Notes: generated by a model from the sequence alone, not told the origin. Positions 9,687 through 18,750 are shown, numbered from the stretch's first letter. The stretch is DNA of 30,788 bases from Coleofasciculus chthonoplastes F2-STO-03 (GCA_040222015.1 JAVJWO010000158.1:1-30788), one strand, 5' to 3'. A program made the numbers and translations.

Positions 9687-9858
9687 TAGCACTTGCCATC
9701 TGAAGCGATCGCGTATTCTAGATTTACCGCGTTCGGTTACAGCAGGGCGAGAATCCGGTTATTCGGTGCGATCGCGTGAGGCTCCGGTTATCTGTTCTGT
9801 CGAATGTTAAGATAGATTTCCGATATCCTACAAGATTAGCATCGAGCAGTTCCCTATT

Positions 9859-11409
9859 ATGTCCCCTGAGCAGTCCCCACCCGATCGCCAAAACACGCTG
9901 GAAGAAATTCGTGCTACCCGTTTTGAAAAAGTCCAACAGCTTAAAGCGTTGGGAATTGAACCCTATGCGTATCACTGGCAGTCTACTCACCACGCGGCTG
10001 AACTGCAAGAGAAATTCGCGGATCTAGGGAATGGTGAAGAAGTTGATTTTGAAGTCGCGATCGCAGGTCGTATTTTAGCCCGTCGTGTCTTTGGCAAGTT
10101 AGCATTCTTCAATCTCCAAGACGAAACTGGAACGATTCAACTGTATCTCGACAAAAAGCGGATTACCGCAACCATGACAGATGTACCAAATCCGTTCACC
10201 CCTCTCAAGCAACTCACGGATATTGGCGACATTTTAGGCGTCAAGGGGACAATTAAGCGCACGGATAAAGGGGAACTCTCCGTCTATGTCAGTGAATATG
10301 CTATCCTGACCAAATCCCTCTTACCCTTACCCGATAAGTGGCATGGTCTCACCGATACCGAAAAGCGCTATCGTCAGCGTTATGTGGACTTAATGGTAAA
10401 TCCCACTGTTCGGGAAACCTTCCGCCGCCGTGCCAAAATTACCGCTGCCATTCGCCGCTATTTAGAGGATCGCGACTTTATCGAAATTGAAACCCCTGTT
10501 TTTAGTACAGAAGCCGGAGGTGCAGAAGCCCGCCCCTTTATCACGTATCACAATACTCTAGAGATGGAGTTGTATCTGCGAATAGCCACAGAACTCCACC
10601 TGAAGCGGTTAATTGTCGGCGGATTTGAAAAGGTATTTGAGTTGGGGCGAATTTTCCGAAACGAGGGAATTTCCACGCGCCACAATCCCGAATTTACCTC
10701 AATTGAGGTGTACCAGGCTTACGCCGACTACAACGACATGATGACGTTGACGGAAAATTTAATAACTACCGTCACTCAAGAGAGTTTGACAACTTTAGAA
10801 ATTACCTATCAAGGTGAAACAATTGATTTCACACCGCCTTGGCGTCGAGTCACGATGCATGAGTTGGTGCAAGAGTTGACAGGGTTAGATTTTAATCAAT
10901 TTCAGACCTTAGATGAAGCAAAAGTTGCGGCTAAAAAAGTTGGAATTGAAGGGGTAGACGACTGTCCATCATTGGGGAAACTGCTCAACGAATGCTTCGA
11001 GCAAAAATGTGAGGAAACCCTGATTCAGCCAACCTTTATCGTCGATTTCCCGATTGAAATTTCTCCCCTGGCTAAACCCCATCGTTCTAAGCCGGGATTG
11101 GTGGAACGGTTTGAGTTATTTATGGCTGGGCGAGAAACTGCTAATAGCTTTTCTGAATTAACTGATCCGATTGATCAACGGGAACGTTTAGAGGCACAAG
11201 CTGCACGGAAAGCGGCTGGAGACTTGGAAGCCCAAGGGGTTGATGAAGACTTTCTGGCGGCGTTAGAGTACGGAATGCCACCAACCGGGGGGTTAGGAAT
11301 TGGGATTGATCGTTTAGTGATGTTATTAACAGATTCGGCAAGTATTCGGGACGTGATTGCGTTTCCGTTGCTTAAAAGTAGCAGCCGCGATGGTTCCCCT
11401 GCACCCTGA
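9859..11409 (+). CDS. lysS: Lysine--tRNA ligase (class II)
   Basis: OB-fold anticodon domain ([16 protein letters not shown]), [27 protein letters not shown], motif 2 [14 protein letters not shown], motif 3 [15 protein letters not shown]. Confidence 0.98.
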   Translation: MSPEQSPPDRQNTLEEIRATRFEKVQQLKALGIEPYAYHWQSTHHAAELQEKFADLGNGEEVDFEVAIAGRILARRVFGKLAFFNLQDETGTIQLYLDKKRITATMTDVPNPFTPLKQLTDIGDILGVKGTIKRTDKGELSVYVSEYAILTKSLLPLPDKWHGLTDTEKRYRQRYVDLMVNPTVRETFRRRAKITAAIRRYLEDRDFIEIETPVFSTEAGGAEARPFITYHNTLEMELYLRIATELHLKRLIVGGFEKVFELGRIFRNEGISTRHNPEFTSIEVYQAYADYNDMMTLTENLITTVTQESLTTLEITYQGETIDFTPPWRRVTMHELVQELTGLDFNQFQTLDEAKVAAKKVGIEGVDDCPSLGKLLNECFEQKCEETLIQPTFIVDFPIEISPLAKPHRSKPGLVERFELFMAGRETANSFSELTDPIDQRERLEAQAARKAAGDLEAQGVDEDFLAALEYGMPPTGGLGIGIDRLVMLLTDSASIRDVIAFPLLKSSSRDGSPAP

Positions 11410-11437
11410 GTGAGCGCTAAAAACGGAGGAATAATTT

Positions 11438-11809
11438 GTGAAGAGATGGATTGTTTTCAAAACTGAATCAGCCTCATCGCAGGGGTGGAAGGATCGCAAG
11501 TTGCAACCTGCTGGACACTTAACCCGAATGCTGGCTGAGTATTTGGATTGTTCTGATAAGGTGTTGCCAGAACCAGGCGATCGTCCGCGTGAGTTTGCTC
11601 GATTTGAAGAGTCGGTTGATCCAAACTTCCCGGATGCTAGCACTCATGTTCGTTGGTCTGACTGGGAAGTGAGCCGAGTTGAGCGATTCAAGTCGGTTGA
11701 GTCGGCTGAGTATGATGAGGTTGTTGTGTGTTATTGCCGCTATTCACCGATTGAGCCGGAGTGGAAGGAGTTACCTAAAATTGGCGTTTTGCAAGAGGGT
11801 AAACTTTAA
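11438..11809 (+). CDS. Hypothetical protein (123 aa)
   Basis: GTG start preceded by GGAGGA; protein-like composition; no motif recognised. Confidence 0.6.
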   Translation: MKRWIVFKTESASSQGWKDRKLQPAGHLTRMLAEYLDCSDKVLPEPGDRPREFARFEESVDPNFPDASTHVRWSDWEVSRVERFKSVESAEYDEVVVCYCRYSPIEPEWKELPKIGVLQEGKL

Positions 11810-11838
11810 CTCTTTGCTATTTAACTGCTCATTGGTGA

Positions 11839-11926
11839 GTGCGATCGCTCTTTGAGTGTGCCAGAGGTGTCTGAAACAGAGTTCCGCAATGCTCTGCTAA
11901 AGTTGGGTTATAGCCTACCGAACTAG
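11839..11926 (+). repeat. HIP1-anchored diverged repeat, copy 1 (orphan 3' gene tail)
   Basis: Aligns without gaps to 13214-13304; reads DRSLSVPEVSETEFRNALLKLGYSLPN*. Confidence 0.75.
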
Positions 11927-11946
11927 ATGCTCCGAAGGGGGCGATC

Positions 11947-12555
11947 ATGACTGTAACGACTAAGAAGCTAACCTTTGAAGAGTATCTGACCTACTCAGAC
12001 GGGACTGATACCCGCTATGAGTTGGTGAACGGGGAATTAGTAGCAATGAGTATTGGCACCGGGCAACATGGAGAAATCATTGACTTTCTCTATCGGCAAA
12101 TCGATGCTGAGATCGGGCGTAGCGGACGCGACTGGATTGTTAGACCCGTGGCGATTGGTGTGCGATCGCCTCGTGCTGGCAAGTGGGATACCTCTCGCAT
12201 TCCCGATTTGACTATTATTCCTAGCCAGCAGTGGCGCGAATTAAGAACCCGCGAGGCTGTTATTGAACTCAACGAACCCCCTCCGATTTTAGTGATAGAA
12301 GTCGTTAGCGAATCGACAAAGACCGCAGATTATCGGGCTAAGCGGGTTGAGTACAATGTTTTAAATATTCCAGAATACTGGGTAGTTGACCCACTGACAT
12401 CAAAGGTGACGATATTTACCCTGGTTGAGGAACTGTATGAAGGTATGGAGTTCGTTGGTGCTGAGCAGATTGTTTCAGGCACTTTCCCAGAGTTGAATCT
12501 GACAAGTGAGCAGATTATTTGGGCTGGAGCAATTCCTAGCGCTGAAGAAAATTAG
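11947..12555 (+). CDS. Uma2 family (DUF820) PD-(D/E)xK endonuclease-fold protein
   Basis: LTFEEYL...RYELVNGELVAM, RIPDLTII, PILVIEVVSES, YRAKRVEY...IPEYWVVDP, TFPELNLT. Confidence 0.93.
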   Translation: MTVTTKKLTFEEYLTYSDGTDTRYELVNGELVAMSIGTGQHGEIIDFLYRQIDAEIGRSGRDWIVRPVAIGVRSPRAGKWDTSRIPDLTIIPSQQWRELRTREAVIELNEPPPILVIEVVSESTKTADYRAKRVEYNVLNIPEYWVVDPLTSKVTIFTLVEELYEGMEFVGAEQIVSGTFPELNLTSEQIIWAGAIPSAEEN

Positions 12556-12570
12556 TGAAAGGCGATATAT

Positions 12571-12909
12571 CTAATTGCCAGTGATTTCTACAAGCCTTTC
12601 GCCCGATCGCAACAGTTCGAGAGCATCTGGCAAAGTGGCAGTGAGGATTTCTTTAAGCCGTGCATTAGACGTATTGCCACAAGTCAGCCAAATCACCTGT
12701 GGAGGTGAACCATATCGTTCAACTAATTCGACAAAATCTCTATCTTTGGTCATCACAACTACCCCCTGAGCCTTCGCCGCCTCAAAAATTTCACGATCCT
12801 CTGCGTCTCTCAACCCAAGATCGCGCACAGCTATAGTTGTTATACCGAAGGTAGCAGTAATCCAAGCAGCAATAGCAGGCGGCAGTTGGGCATTGAGCCA
12901 GATAATCAT
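12571..12909 (-). CDS. DUF5615 family PIN-like toxin
   Basis: MIIWLNAQLPP...VRDLGLRDAEDREIF...VMTKDRDF...PPQVIWLTCGNTSN; 4-bp overlap with the DUF433 gene. The first usually acidic PIN position reads N. Confidence 0.88.
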   Translation of the reverse strand: MIIWLNAQLPPAIAAWITATFGITTIAVRDLGLRDAEDREIFEAAKAQGVVVMTKDRDFVELVERYGSPPQVIWLTCGNTSNARLKEILTATLPDALELLRSGERLVEITGN

Positions 12910-13130
12910 GCCGCAAGCACTGGATGATCGACTTTACGTGCTGCATAGAGTAAAGCTGCCTTGAGATCGTCCATCTCAAGGTCTGGCATTTCTTCTAAGA
13001 TTTGCTCAAAGCTTAAACGAGCAGCGAGTAAATCTAATACATCCGACACCCTGATTCTCATCCCACGGATGCAAGGACGACCACCACACTGCTTGGGATT
13101 GACTGTAATTCTGTCAAGCAAACTGGACAC
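12906..13130 (-). CDS. DUF433 family antitoxin
   Basis: RITVNPKQCGGRPCIRGMRIRVSDVLDLLA...ILEEMPDLEMDDLKAALLYA. Confidence 0.92.
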   Translation of the reverse strand: MSSLLDRITVNPKQCGGRPCIRGMRIRVSDVLDLLAARLSFEQILEEMPDLEMDDLKAALLYAARKVDHPVLAA

Positions 13131-13213
13131 TTGTACCTACGCTAACAAGACTACATCAAACTTTTACCCCTATAGTCTATACCTGTGTTTACGCAAATGT
13201 CCTTTAGATATGG

Positions 13214-13304
13214 GTGCGATCGCTCTTTGGTCGTGCCAAGGGCATCTGAAATCAAGTTCCGCAATGCTCTGCTGAAGCTGGGCTACAGCTTCGGTAAGCT
13301 GTAG
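13214..13304 (+). repeat. HIP1-anchored diverged repeat, copy 2 (orphan 3' gene tail)
   Basis: Aligns to 11839-11926; reads DRSLVVPRASEIKFRNALLKLGYSFGKL*. Confidence 0.75.
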
Positions 13305-13355
13305 CCCTCGCACTAATGGCGGACAAATGGAACTATGATGCTATGGGACAAGCTT

Positions 13356-14738
13356 CTACTCTGCTTGCATCCATCCTTCGATAATCGCTACCAAAACGTT
13401 AACCAGTGGATTATCGACTGCTTCCTTAAACGCTTCAGTACCTCCTGATTGGAGAGCACCAATCACTCGCGCTTTCAGTGTGGGATTATTCTTAATTTCA
13501 TCAGCCGCCTTTGCTGCAACTATCATTTTTTCTGTTTCAGTTGTAGTAGGATTAGTTTACTCTAGTTGCTTCAAAAGTTGCTGAATTTCTGCTGCTGCCT
13601 CATCCAGACTTTGCTTGGATGAGTAGTCATTTAGACTTCCACCTATCTGTGTTCCTCCATCCCCAGCGAAGCCACCACCGAACTTTGAACCCCGAAGATC
13701 ATATTTAGGAGTTTCTGCCATTATTTTTTGTACCTCAGTTTGTTGTTTAAGTATATTATGTAGATTATTGATATTTTCTCGCAAACTTTGATTTTCTTGT
13801 TGATAATTTACGATTTGAGTATCTTTAACACGAATCTCTATTTTATATTTTTTTTCTAATGCTTCACGTATTTTTTCATAAGTTTGCATAAATTCGTCGT
13901 GAACTATCTCCTGATCTACATCAGGGGATATACCGACTTTAACTACATAAATATTATCTCCTCTTTCCTCAATACTATGAATATCTAATTGAGCATCTTC
14001 ATGTCTGGCTTGTAAGGATTGAAAGGAATATACAAAAGTTTCAAAATTAATGGTATCGTCGATAACTATATCGATTGTTTCAAAAGATTTTTGAAATTCT
14101 TTAGTGAATTCCCCTGGAGCAAATCTTCTTCCGACAGGATAGGGTTTTCGCCTACTAGAATCTAAATAAACAAAGTCACAAACGATTCCATTAAAGTTCG
14201 TTGCTTCGTTATATTGCCAATCTTCAATACAAGCTCCAGTAAACTTGGCAAAAGCGAATTGGGCATCTGCTGCTTGAATCTCTGAAAGATTAGCCCTGAT
14301 GAGATTAGCCCCATAAAATTCAGCTCCGCTAAGATTAGCTTCATGTAGGTTAGCTCCATGTAGGTCAGCTCCAGTGAGGTTACTATTAGTCAGATTGGTA
14401 TTAAAATAGCGGCGTTCTAACCAGCTCCCGGTGTATTCGTACCCTTTGTCTCCAAGGTCAGCCTTACGGAGGTTAGCCTTGCTGAAGTCAGTTCCACTGA
14501 GGTTAGCTCCTTTAAGGGAAGATTCACTGAGGTTAGCCCCACTAAGGTTTGCCCCGCTAAAGTCAACCTCACTAAAGTTAGAATTGCTTAGATTAACCCC
14601 ACTGAAATCAATCCCACTCCAGTCCCCATGAAAGCTAATCTTGATGAGATCTACCTCTACATCAAGATTTCTCTCTCGCCAAAAGTTCCAGCTATCGACA
14701 CCTTGCTTAAGCAGATCGAAAAATTCTTGTTGTTCCAT
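13356..14738 (-). pseudogene. Pentapeptide-repeat protein with one in-frame nonsense codon (13557-13559)
   Basis: A(N/D)LxG pentapeptide repeats and FTGACIEDW motif. After ...QQLLKQLE* the frame continues TNPTTTETEKMIVAAKAADEIKNNPTLKARVIGALQSGGTEAFKEAVDNPLVNVLVAIIEGWMQAE*, the usual C-terminus of this cyanobacterial family. Confidence 0.8.
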
Positions 14739-14801
14739 CTAGAGCCAAAGTTGTACTTCCAGTACACACCATAACTCATCTTTTTCCTTACTTGTAGGAA
14801 G

Positions 14802-14936
14802 TCAAAAACTATGGTGGCTACCTTTAGACCTTTTTTCTTCAAAGACAAAGGTTTCCAACAGGTAGCACATGTCATCAAACCTTACTTCCGGCAGTTTGTT
14901 TAGGAATTGCTCTACTAATTTCTTTAATTTACCCCT
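14802..14936 (-). pseudogene. hicA: HicA-family toxin remnant
   Basis: Translates (AGG)GKLKKLVEQFLNKLPEVRFDDMCYLLETFVFEEKRSKGSHHSF*: HicA GSH motif, AGG where ATG is expected, premature TGA. Confidence 0.65.
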
Positions 14937-15029
14937 TGAGTAATAATATCATAGGTAGTATCATAACAAGATTTCAAGCGCACCATCCTCCTTGAAGTCT
15001 ACTCCCCCAAAGTTGAAGCAGTACGAGAA

Positions 15030-15062
15030 GCGATAAGCGAAGCCATGCCGTAGGCTTATCGC
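15030..15062. repeat. Small palindromic element splitting a HIP1 site (SDR-like)
   Basis: GCGATAAGC-GAAGCCATGCCGTAG-GCTTATCGC: 9-bp inverted arms whose outer ends are the halves of GCGATCGC. Confidence 0.6.
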
Positions 15063-15112
15063 TCTCACTCCCATAAGCTACGATGAATCCAAAGACCTGA
15101 GAGAGAAAACCC

Positions 15113-15457
15113 ATGTCTGAGCAAGTGCGTTACATTACCAACGAGCAGGGGGAGCGAGTTGGCGTCTTGTTAGATTTGGAAGCCTATAATCGACTAGCGA
15201 ACCCATTAGCTCTAGATGACGAGTGCTTAATTGGCTTAAGCCACGATGAGTTGCAAGCATTAGCCGATAGTAAGCTAGCTCCCGCAGCACAAAATCAATT
15301 GAACGATTTGCTAGTTCAGAATGCAGAATCTCAGCTTTCTGCCGACGAAATTGCAAATCTAGACCGTCTCCTAGCACAAGTCGATCAACTGACAATCCTC
15401 AAAACCAGAGCCAGATACACTCTACACTGCCTAGAAACAGTGGCAACGGTGGCGTGA
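15113..15457 (+). CDS. Small hypothetical protein, antitoxin-like partner of the downstream HNH
   Basis: N-terminal VRYITNEQGERVGVLLDLEAY and C-terminal QLNDLLVQNAESQLSADEIANLDRLLAQVDQLTILKTRA; GTGA overlap with the HNH gene. Confidence 0.75.
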   Translation: MSEQVRYITNEQGERVGVLLDLEAYNRLANPLALDDECLIGLSHDELQALADSKLAPAAQNQLNDLLVQNAESQLSADEIANLDRLLAQVDQLTILKTRARYTLHCLETVATVA

Positions 15458-15882
15458 GCGCTTATATTCCTGTTGAGCTACAGCGACAAATTCGCGCCCA
15501 TTTTAGGGATTGCTGCGCCTATTGCCGCACGGCTGAAGCTCTGACGGTTGCAATTTTTGAATTTGAACACATTGTCCCCCGCTCGGCTGGTGGAGAGACA
15601 ATTTTCCAGAATCTCTGCCTCTCCTGTCCTACCTGTAATCGCTACAAAGCCAGTTTCAAAACAGCATTAGACCCTACTACCCAGCAGACGGTTCCTTTGT
15701 TTCATCCTCATCATCAAGTGTGGGAGGAGCATTTTACATGGAGTGAGGATGGGACAGAGTTAATAGGATTGACACCGATTGGTCGAGCAACAATTGCTGC
15801 ATTGAAGATGAATCGTCCTCAGTTAATTCGGGTGCGTCGGATGTGGGTGAAGGTAGGGGAACATCCACCAAAATTTGAGTGA
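15454..15882 (+). CDS. HNH endonuclease
   Basis: CAYC...FEHIVPRSAGGETIFQNLCLSCPTCNRYK, LFHPHHQVWEEHF; paralog of 9234-9686. Confidence 0.9.
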   Translation: MSAYIPVELQRQIRAHFRDCCAYCRTAEALTVAIFEFEHIVPRSAGGETIFQNLCLSCPTCNRYKASFKTALDPTTQQTVPLFHPHHQVWEEHFTWSEDGTELIGLTPIGRATIAALKMNRPQLIRVRRMWVKVGEHPPKFE

Positions 15883-15932
15883 GCGAAGAAGTACAGCGTT
15901 TTCAGACTCGATGTGATACAGCTATTCCAAGA

Positions 15933-16215
15933 GTAGTGGGCTGACCCACCTAAAATGGTGAATTAGAATTGTAGGGGCGCACCGACGTGCATTGGTGTCA
16001 ACTTAAGGTAAAAAGCTCTTAGAGCGGGGGGTGTAGGGGCGGGTTTTACAGATAACTTATGGCACCCAACTGATAACTTAACTAAACCCGCCCTTCTCCG
16101 GTGGCTGAAAATTAGAATGGGTAAGGGTTATGGCTTAAGTTGACACGGATGATCGACGTGCGCCCATTCTAACAGTCAAATCTATTCCACAATTTTAGCT
16201 GTGTCAGTCCACTAC
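15933..16215. mobile_element. Nested MITE/REP cluster
   Basis: Outer imperfect TIRs GTAGTGGGCTGACCCACCTAAAAT / ATTTTAGCTGTGTCAGTCCACTAC. Inside, a GTAG-REP at 15971 is interrupted by a MITE (15990-16151) with 18-bp TIRs CATTGGTGTCAACTTAAG / CTTAAGTTGACACGGATG and a 9-bp target duplication ACCGACGTG/ATCGACGTG. Innermost is the palindrome GTAGGGGCGGGTTT...AAACCCGCCC (16033-16093). Confidence 0.75.
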
Positions 16216-16222
16216 ATATAGA

Positions 16223-16281
16223 GCCTTTGCGTAAGTCCTACAATTTTCAGCAAAGGGCAAGAGGGCAAAAAGAGCAAATGG
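16223..16281 (-). repeat. Conserved 3' flank of a DGR target gene, copy 1
   Basis: CCATTTGCTCTTTTTGCCCTCTTGCCCTTTGCTGAAAATTGTAGGACTTACGCA directly after the stop; near-identical to 18784-18841. Confidence 0.7.
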
Positions 16282-17100
16282 CTACTGAAGAATCCTCGGA
16301 TACTCGCACACTACCCGAAACCCGAGATAGACGTCGAAGTCGAAGCCGGGGTGAGCGTAGAAGCGAGATGCAGAACGACAATCTCTCGGATTGACGTCCC
16401 AGCAACCGCCGCGTCGCACAAGAAAAGCCTTTTCATCATCGGTTAACCAGGCACTTCCATCATTCGGTGCGCCCTCGTAATTACCATGCCAGTGGTCTAA
16501 ACACCATTCCCACACATTTCCATGTATATCACACAAGCCAAACGCATTGGCTATGCCAAAATGGTTGACTGGTGTGGTTTCTTTTCGGTATTCTCCTTTT
16601 ACTCCATCACCGTAGGTCTGAGTTGCATCATAGTTTGCTAATTCTGCGGTGATTGTTTCACCAAAATAAAAAGGAGTCGTTGTTCCAGCTCTGGCAGCAT
16701 ATTCCCACTCGGCTTCGGTTGGTAGGCGATAGGTGCGATTAGTGTGTTGAGAAAGGCGCTGACAAAACTCCACTGCATCGTACCAATTTACAGATTCCAC
16801 CGGACGATTATCACCTTTAAAGTAAGCAGGAGCGGGATTAAGTTTAAGGTTAACTTGAGGTAAAGAGGTAACAAATCGCCATTGAGCTTGAGTAACGGGA
16901 TACCGCCCCATAAAGAAAGTAGGAACCGTGACTGAATGCTGTGGACTTTCATCGTCATATCGCTCTAACTCATCTGGCGGTGAACCCATCAGGAATGTTC
17001 CACCTGGAATGAGAATCATGTCCAGACCAATATCGCTCCCCAAGTCTTCTGTAAAATACCGAGTTTGACTTTTTTTTCGCTCGATGATGAATTCAGCCAT
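16282..17100 (-). CDS. Standalone formylglycine-generating enzyme (FGE-sulfatase / CLec-fold) domain protein, putative DGR target
   Basis: MILIPGGTFLMGS, YPVTQAQW, RPVESVNWYDA, YRLPTEAEWEYAARAG, GNVWEWC, RGGCW...GFRVV. Confidence 0.92.
   Translation of the reverse strand: MAEFIIERKKSQTRYFTEDLGSDIGLDMILIPGGTFLMGSPPDELERYDDESPQHSVTVPTFFMGRYPVTQAQWRFVTSLPQVNLKLNPAPAYFKGDNRPVESVNWYDAVEFCQRLSQHTNRTYRLPTEAEWEYAARAGTTTPFYFGETITAELANYDATQTYGDGVKGEYRKETTPVNHFGIANAFGLCDIHGNVWEWCLDHWHGNYEGAPNDGSAWLTDDEKAFLVRRGGCWDVNPRDCRSASRFYAHPGFDFDVYLGFRVVCEYPRILQ
16306..16413 (-). other. DGR-type variable region VR-A (108 bp)
   Basis: Differs from VR-B and VR-C mainly at codon positions 1-2 of NNC/NNT codons; one extra NNC codon. 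Confidence 0.8.
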
Positions 17101-17160
17101 TGCTGGAGACAGAAAATTAAGGGTTGTCTAATATAATTCCAAAACCAAGAAGGCTAATTC

Positions 17161-18660
17161 CTACTCTTGTGGTGAGGGTTCAGATTCTAGATAATGAAGG
17201 AAGTCGAGCAATTGTTCATCGGTTAGTAACTGGCGCGATCGCTTCCCATAAGTTTTTACCAGATAATCACGCCCTTGTTGGTTTGTCCAGCCCAAACGCT
17301 TGAGTTCCACATTCGTTCTAGCAATGATCTCAGAAAAGTCCATAGGGCTAGCTGTTGGAGAGGGTTCAGATTCTAGATAGTGAAGGAAGTCGAGCAATTG
17401 CTCATCGGTTAGTAACTGGCGCGATCGCTTCCCATAAGTTTTTACCAGATAATCACGCCCTTGTTGAGCTGTCCAGCCCAAACGCTTGAGTTCCACGTTC
17501 GTTCTACCAATGATCTCAGAAAAGTCCATAGGGCTAGCTGTTGGAGAGGGTTCAGATTCTAGATAATGAAGGAAGTTGAGCAATTGCTCATCGGTTAGTA
17601 ACTGGCGTGATCGCTTCCCATAAGTTTTTATCAGATAATCACGCCCTTGTTGATTTGTCCAGCCCAAACGCTTGAGTTCCACATTCGTTCTAGCAATGAT
17701 CTCAGAAAAGTCCATAGGGCTAGCTGTTGGAGGGGTTTCGTTCGTATCTGTCTCTAGTTCTTTCTGGGTGTACGATGTGAAGGGCGACTCTGCGAGAAGA
17801 ATCCTCGGCAACTCGCACACTACCCGAAACCCGAGAGTGATGTCGTCGATGCCGGGGTTAATGCTGACGCGAGATGCACAACGACAATACCTAGGATTGA
17901 TGTCCCAGGAACCGCCGCGTAGTATACGCCAAGCACTCTCATCATCGGTTAACCAAGCACTTCCATCATTGGGTGCGCCCTCGTAATTACCATGCCAATG
18001 ATCCAAACACCATTCCCAAACATTGCCATGCATATCACACAAGCCAAACCCATTGGCTATGCCAAAATGCTCTACTGGTGTGGTTTCCTTGCGGAATTCT
18101 CCTTTTGTCCCTCGTCCATAAGCACCCGACCAACCAGATTCTTTGTCATTAGTTCCGCGATAATTCGCTAAATCAGTGGTAATCGTTTCCCCAAAATGAA
18201 AGGGCGTTGTTGTTCCAGCACGACAAGCATATTCCCATTCAGCTTCAGTAGGTAGGCGATAGGTGCGATGAGTGTATTGAGAAAGGCGCTGGCAAAACTC
18301 CACTGCATCGTACCAACTAACACATTCTACCGGACGGTTCTCACCTTTGAAACGAGAAGAATCTGGATTAAGTTTGCGGTTAACTTGGGGCAAGGAAGCC
18401 ACTACCCGCCACTGCGCCTGAGTTACTGGATACTTACCCATAAAAAAACTAGGCACGTTCACCCGATGCACGGGTTCCTCTTTTGCGTTTCGCTCTGGTT
18501 CATACTCTGGGGAACCCATATTGAAGCTGCCTTTGGGTATTAGCATCATGCGTATGCTCACTGCATCGCTCAGTTGCTCTAGGAAAAATTGAGCTTCTCC
18601 CTGATGCCGCTTGATGATGACTTTGGGTTTCCCTTCCTGAGTTTCTAGGGGCTGGCTCAT
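17161..18660 (-). CDS. FGE/CLec domain protein with an internal variable region and three C-terminal 62-aa repeats
   Basis: Same FGE motifs as its neighbours; the frame reads through where the paralogs stop and continues into 3x PTASPMDFSEII.RTNVELKRLGWT.QQGRDYL.KTYGKRSRQLLTDEQLL.FLHYLESEPS. Confidence 0.9.
   Translation of the reverse strand: MSQPLETQEGKPKVIIKRHQGEAQFFLEQLSDAVSIRMMLIPKGSFNMGSPEYEPERNAKEEPVHRVNVPSFFMGKYPVTQAQWRVVASLPQVNRKLNPDSSRFKGENRPVECVSWYDAVEFCQRLSQYTHRTYRLPTEAEWEYACRAGTTTPFHFGETITTDLANYRGTNDKESGWSGAYGRGTKGEFRKETTPVEHFGIANGFGLCDMHGNVWEWCLDHWHGNYEGAPNDGSAWLTDDESAWRILRGGSWDINPRYCRCASRVSINPGIDDITLGFRVVCELPRILLAESPFTSYTQKELETDTNETPPTASPMDFSEIIARTNVELKRLGWTNQQGRDYLIKTYGKRSRQLLTDEQLLNFLHYLESEPSPTASPMDFSEIIGRTNVELKRLGWTAQQGRDYLVKTYGKRSRQLLTDEQLLDFLHYLESEPSPTASPMDFSEIIARTNVELKRLGWTNQQGRDYLVKTYGKRSRQLLTDEQLLDFLHYLESEPSPQE
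17174..17731 (-). repeat. Tandem coding repeat, 3 x 186 bp
   Basis: Units begin at 17174, 17360 and 17546 and are nearly identical. Confidence 0.95.
17815..17919 (-). other. DGR-type variable region VR-B (105 bp)
   Basis: TGG GAC ATC AAT...CGC GTC AGC ATT AAC CCC GGC ATC GAC GAC ATC ACT CTC GGG TTT CGG GTA GTG TGC. Confidence 0.8.
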
Positions 18661-18750
18661 TCTCTAAACTTCCTGCACGAATCAAAACTTGCCTTCCTAA
18701 CCCCACCATATCCTCTGTCTAGACTTACCAAAAAAGTAAGGGCGCCCATC

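Noticed and set aside
14657..14878. 73-aa ORF
   Set aside because: An off-frame reading of the hicA remnant that overlaps the pentapeptide gene start.
17174..17731. CRISPR array
   Set aside because: The units are 186-bp in-frame coding repeats with no unique spacers, and there are no cas genes.
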